From Thermoanaerobaculia bacterium (GTDB lineage: Bacteria > Acidobacteriota > Thermoanaerobaculia > UBA5066), in assembly GCA_038319835.1 (NCBI GenBank), contig JBBQDQ010000002.1, positions 2,010-66,009 on the forward strand: a DNA stretch of 64,000 bases, written 5' to 3'. The position numbers and the translations under genes are program-made. The notes beneath the pieces are model-generated. The model did not search any database. It saw only the letters and a list, made by a program, of their open reading frames with translations, and had not been told where the DNA came from. Each line of letters opens with the position of its first letter. Positions within the stretch are counted from its first letter, which is position 1. Positions 62,746 to 64,000 of the stretch are shown here, in pieces.

Positions 62746-62990
62746 GACGACTCCTTATGGAATCTGAATCGTATCATCCAGAACCCCCCAAAAGAAGTAG
62801 AAGTCGTAGGGAGTGTCAAAAAGTGCATACGGTCGTAAATGATTCATCATAAATGACTTAAATGTGACAACACCCTGTGTGTCTCCCGGCGCCGGATTGT
62901 GTATTGGTGGGTCAAGGGAAACGCGCGGCCCGGGTTATCCAAGGGGTTCGGCGGAGGGGAGGAAAACGGGTGGAGAAAAGCGTGGAAAAG
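62746..62990. other. candidate oriC segment (dnaA-dnaN spacer) with AT-rich unwinding element and DnaA-box-like 9-mers
   Basis: A ~35-bp stretch at 62834-62868 (cgtaaatgattcatcataaatgacttaaatgtgac) is strongly AT-rich in a GC-rich genome and carries TAAATG three times. Boxes matching TTATCCACA or its complement at 7/9: 62774-62782, 62935-62943, 62969-62977, 62981-62989. Confidence 0.5.
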
Positions 62991-64000
62991 TCAGCGGTAC
63001 TGCGCCACGAAGCCCGCCACGAGACGGTCGAACTCGGGATCTTCCTCACGCATGGCCGCGATCTTCCTCACCGCGTGAAGAGCCGTCGTGTGATGCTTGT
63101 CCGAGAAGAGGCGCCCGATTTCCGGCAGCGACAGGCGAGTGGCTTCCTTCAGGACGTACATCGCGACCTGGCGCGGGAAGACGATCGGACCCCGCTTGGA
63201 CCGCGCGCGCATCTCGTTCGGCTTGAGGCCGTAATGGGCGGCGATGCCCTTGAGGACCTCGGCCGGCGAGGTTGCGTGTTCCTCGGCGCGGAAGACGTCT
63301 TTGAGGGACTCGCGCGCGAGATCGAGGGAAACCGGCTCTCCCTTGAGGGAGGCGAACGCGACCACGCGGTTGAAGTAACCCTCCAGCTCGCGGATCGAGG
63401 ACTTGATCTTCGAGGCGAGGAAGAACGCGACGTCGTCCTCGAGCGCGACCTCGTGCGCGTCGGCCTTCTGCCGTAGGATCGCGACCTTCGTCTCGAAGTC
63501 CGGCAGCTGGATGTCGACGATGAGGCCGCCCTCGAAGCGGCTCTTGAGCCGCTCGGCGAGACCCGGGATCTCGCGCGGCGGCACGTCCGACGAGAAGACG
63601 ATCTGGTTGCCCTCGTCGTAGAGCGCGTTGAACGTGTGGAAGAGCTCGTTCTCGGAGGCCTCCTTGCCCACGACGAACTGCACGTCGTCGAGGAGGAGGA
63701 GGTCCGCCGCGCGGAAGCGCTGGCGCACGGCTTCCATCTTGTTGAAGCGCAGGCCGAGGACGACCTCGTTCACGAAGTTCTCCGAGGTGAGGTAGATGAC
63801 CTTCTCGCCAGGACGGCGCGAGAGGCGGCGGTGGCCGATCGCCTGCATGAGGTGGGTTTTGCCGAGCCCCGTGCCGCCGCAAACGAGGAGAGGGTTGTAC
63901 TGCCGTGACGTCTGGTCCGCGACGCGGAGGGCCGCCGCGTGGGCGAGCCGGTTCGACGAGCCGGTCACGAAATTCTCGAACGTGTAGGCCGGGTTCAGGC
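62991..64000 (-). CDS. dnaA: chromosomal replication initiator DnaA (3' part; gene continues past the right edge)
   Basis: Frame open to the window end. Walker A GGTGLGKTHL, LLLDDVQF, sensor motifs, and the C-terminal DNA-binding helix KHHTTALHAVRKI. Confidence 0.95.
   Translation of the reverse strand, partial: LNPAYTFENFVTGSSNRLAHAAALRVADQTSRQYNPLLVCGGTGLGKTHLMQAIGHRRLSRRPGEKVIYLTSENFVNEVVLGLRFNKMEAVRQRFRAADLLLLDDVQFVVGKEASENELFHTFNALYDEGNQIVFSSDVPPREIPGLAERLKSRFEGGLIVDIQLPDFETKVAILRQKADAHEVALEDDVAFFLASKIKSSIRELEGYFNRVVAFASLKGEPVSLDLARESLKDVFRAEEHATSPAEVLKGIAAHYGLKPNEMRARSKRGPIVFPRQVAMYVLKEATRLSLPEIGRLFSDKHHTTALHAVRKIAAMREEDPEFDRLVAGFVAQYR

Overview
Visibly GC-rich (roughly 70% G+C by eye, not computed) bacterial chromosome segment with about 60 tightly packed protein-coding genes. 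Many junctions are 1-8 nt stop/start overlaps. I saw no rRNA, tRNA, CRISPR array, transposase or prophage block. The right end holds the origin-proximal gene set dnaA(partial)-dnaN-recF-gyrB-gyrA on the minus strand, and the AT-rich dnaA-dnaN spacer looks like (part of) oriC. Housekeeping blocks include pdxR-pdxS-pdxT, dprA-topA, trmFO-xerC-hslV-hslU with dapF, mpl, class II RNR nrdJ, and erpA/sufT. The most unusual region is 1063-9014. There, a heme-motif sensor kinase, an archaemetzincin and a sigma-54 activator form one operon directly upstream of a six-gene operon. That operon encodes a HybA/HybB(NrfD)-type FeS/quinone module with no catalytic partner, a PpcA-like triheme cytochrome, a Cys-rich mini-protein and two membrane-tethered GcvH-fold proteins that lack a correctly placed lipoyl lysine. 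Other points worth a second look: a three-gene outer-membrane module ending in a peptidase_MA/TolB-propeller/Omp85-barrel fusion (44580-48602); an uncharacterised ~245-aa secreted module present three times (tandem at the C-terminus of a 1184-aa sedolisin, and once in a secreted-protein cluster at 20.8 kb); two apparent pseudoenzymes (a transaldolase-fold protein with Lys->Arg and a NAT-fold protein with Cys->Gly); two genes whose only plausible start is CTG inside a CAGCTGA stop/start overlap; dprA, whose N-terminal domain is open in frame but whose ATG is one nucleotide out of frame; and a 6.7-kb interruption of the conserved dprA-topA-trmFO-xerC-hslVU array next to a truncated beta-lactamase-family gene. 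Lineage cannot be fixed from this window; the content fits a high-GC Gram-negative such as Acidobacteriota or Myxococcota. Every functional call comes from motif and family recognition by eye, with no searches run. Most start coordinates were moved away from the longest ORF to starts supported by RBS, signal-peptide or overlap logic.
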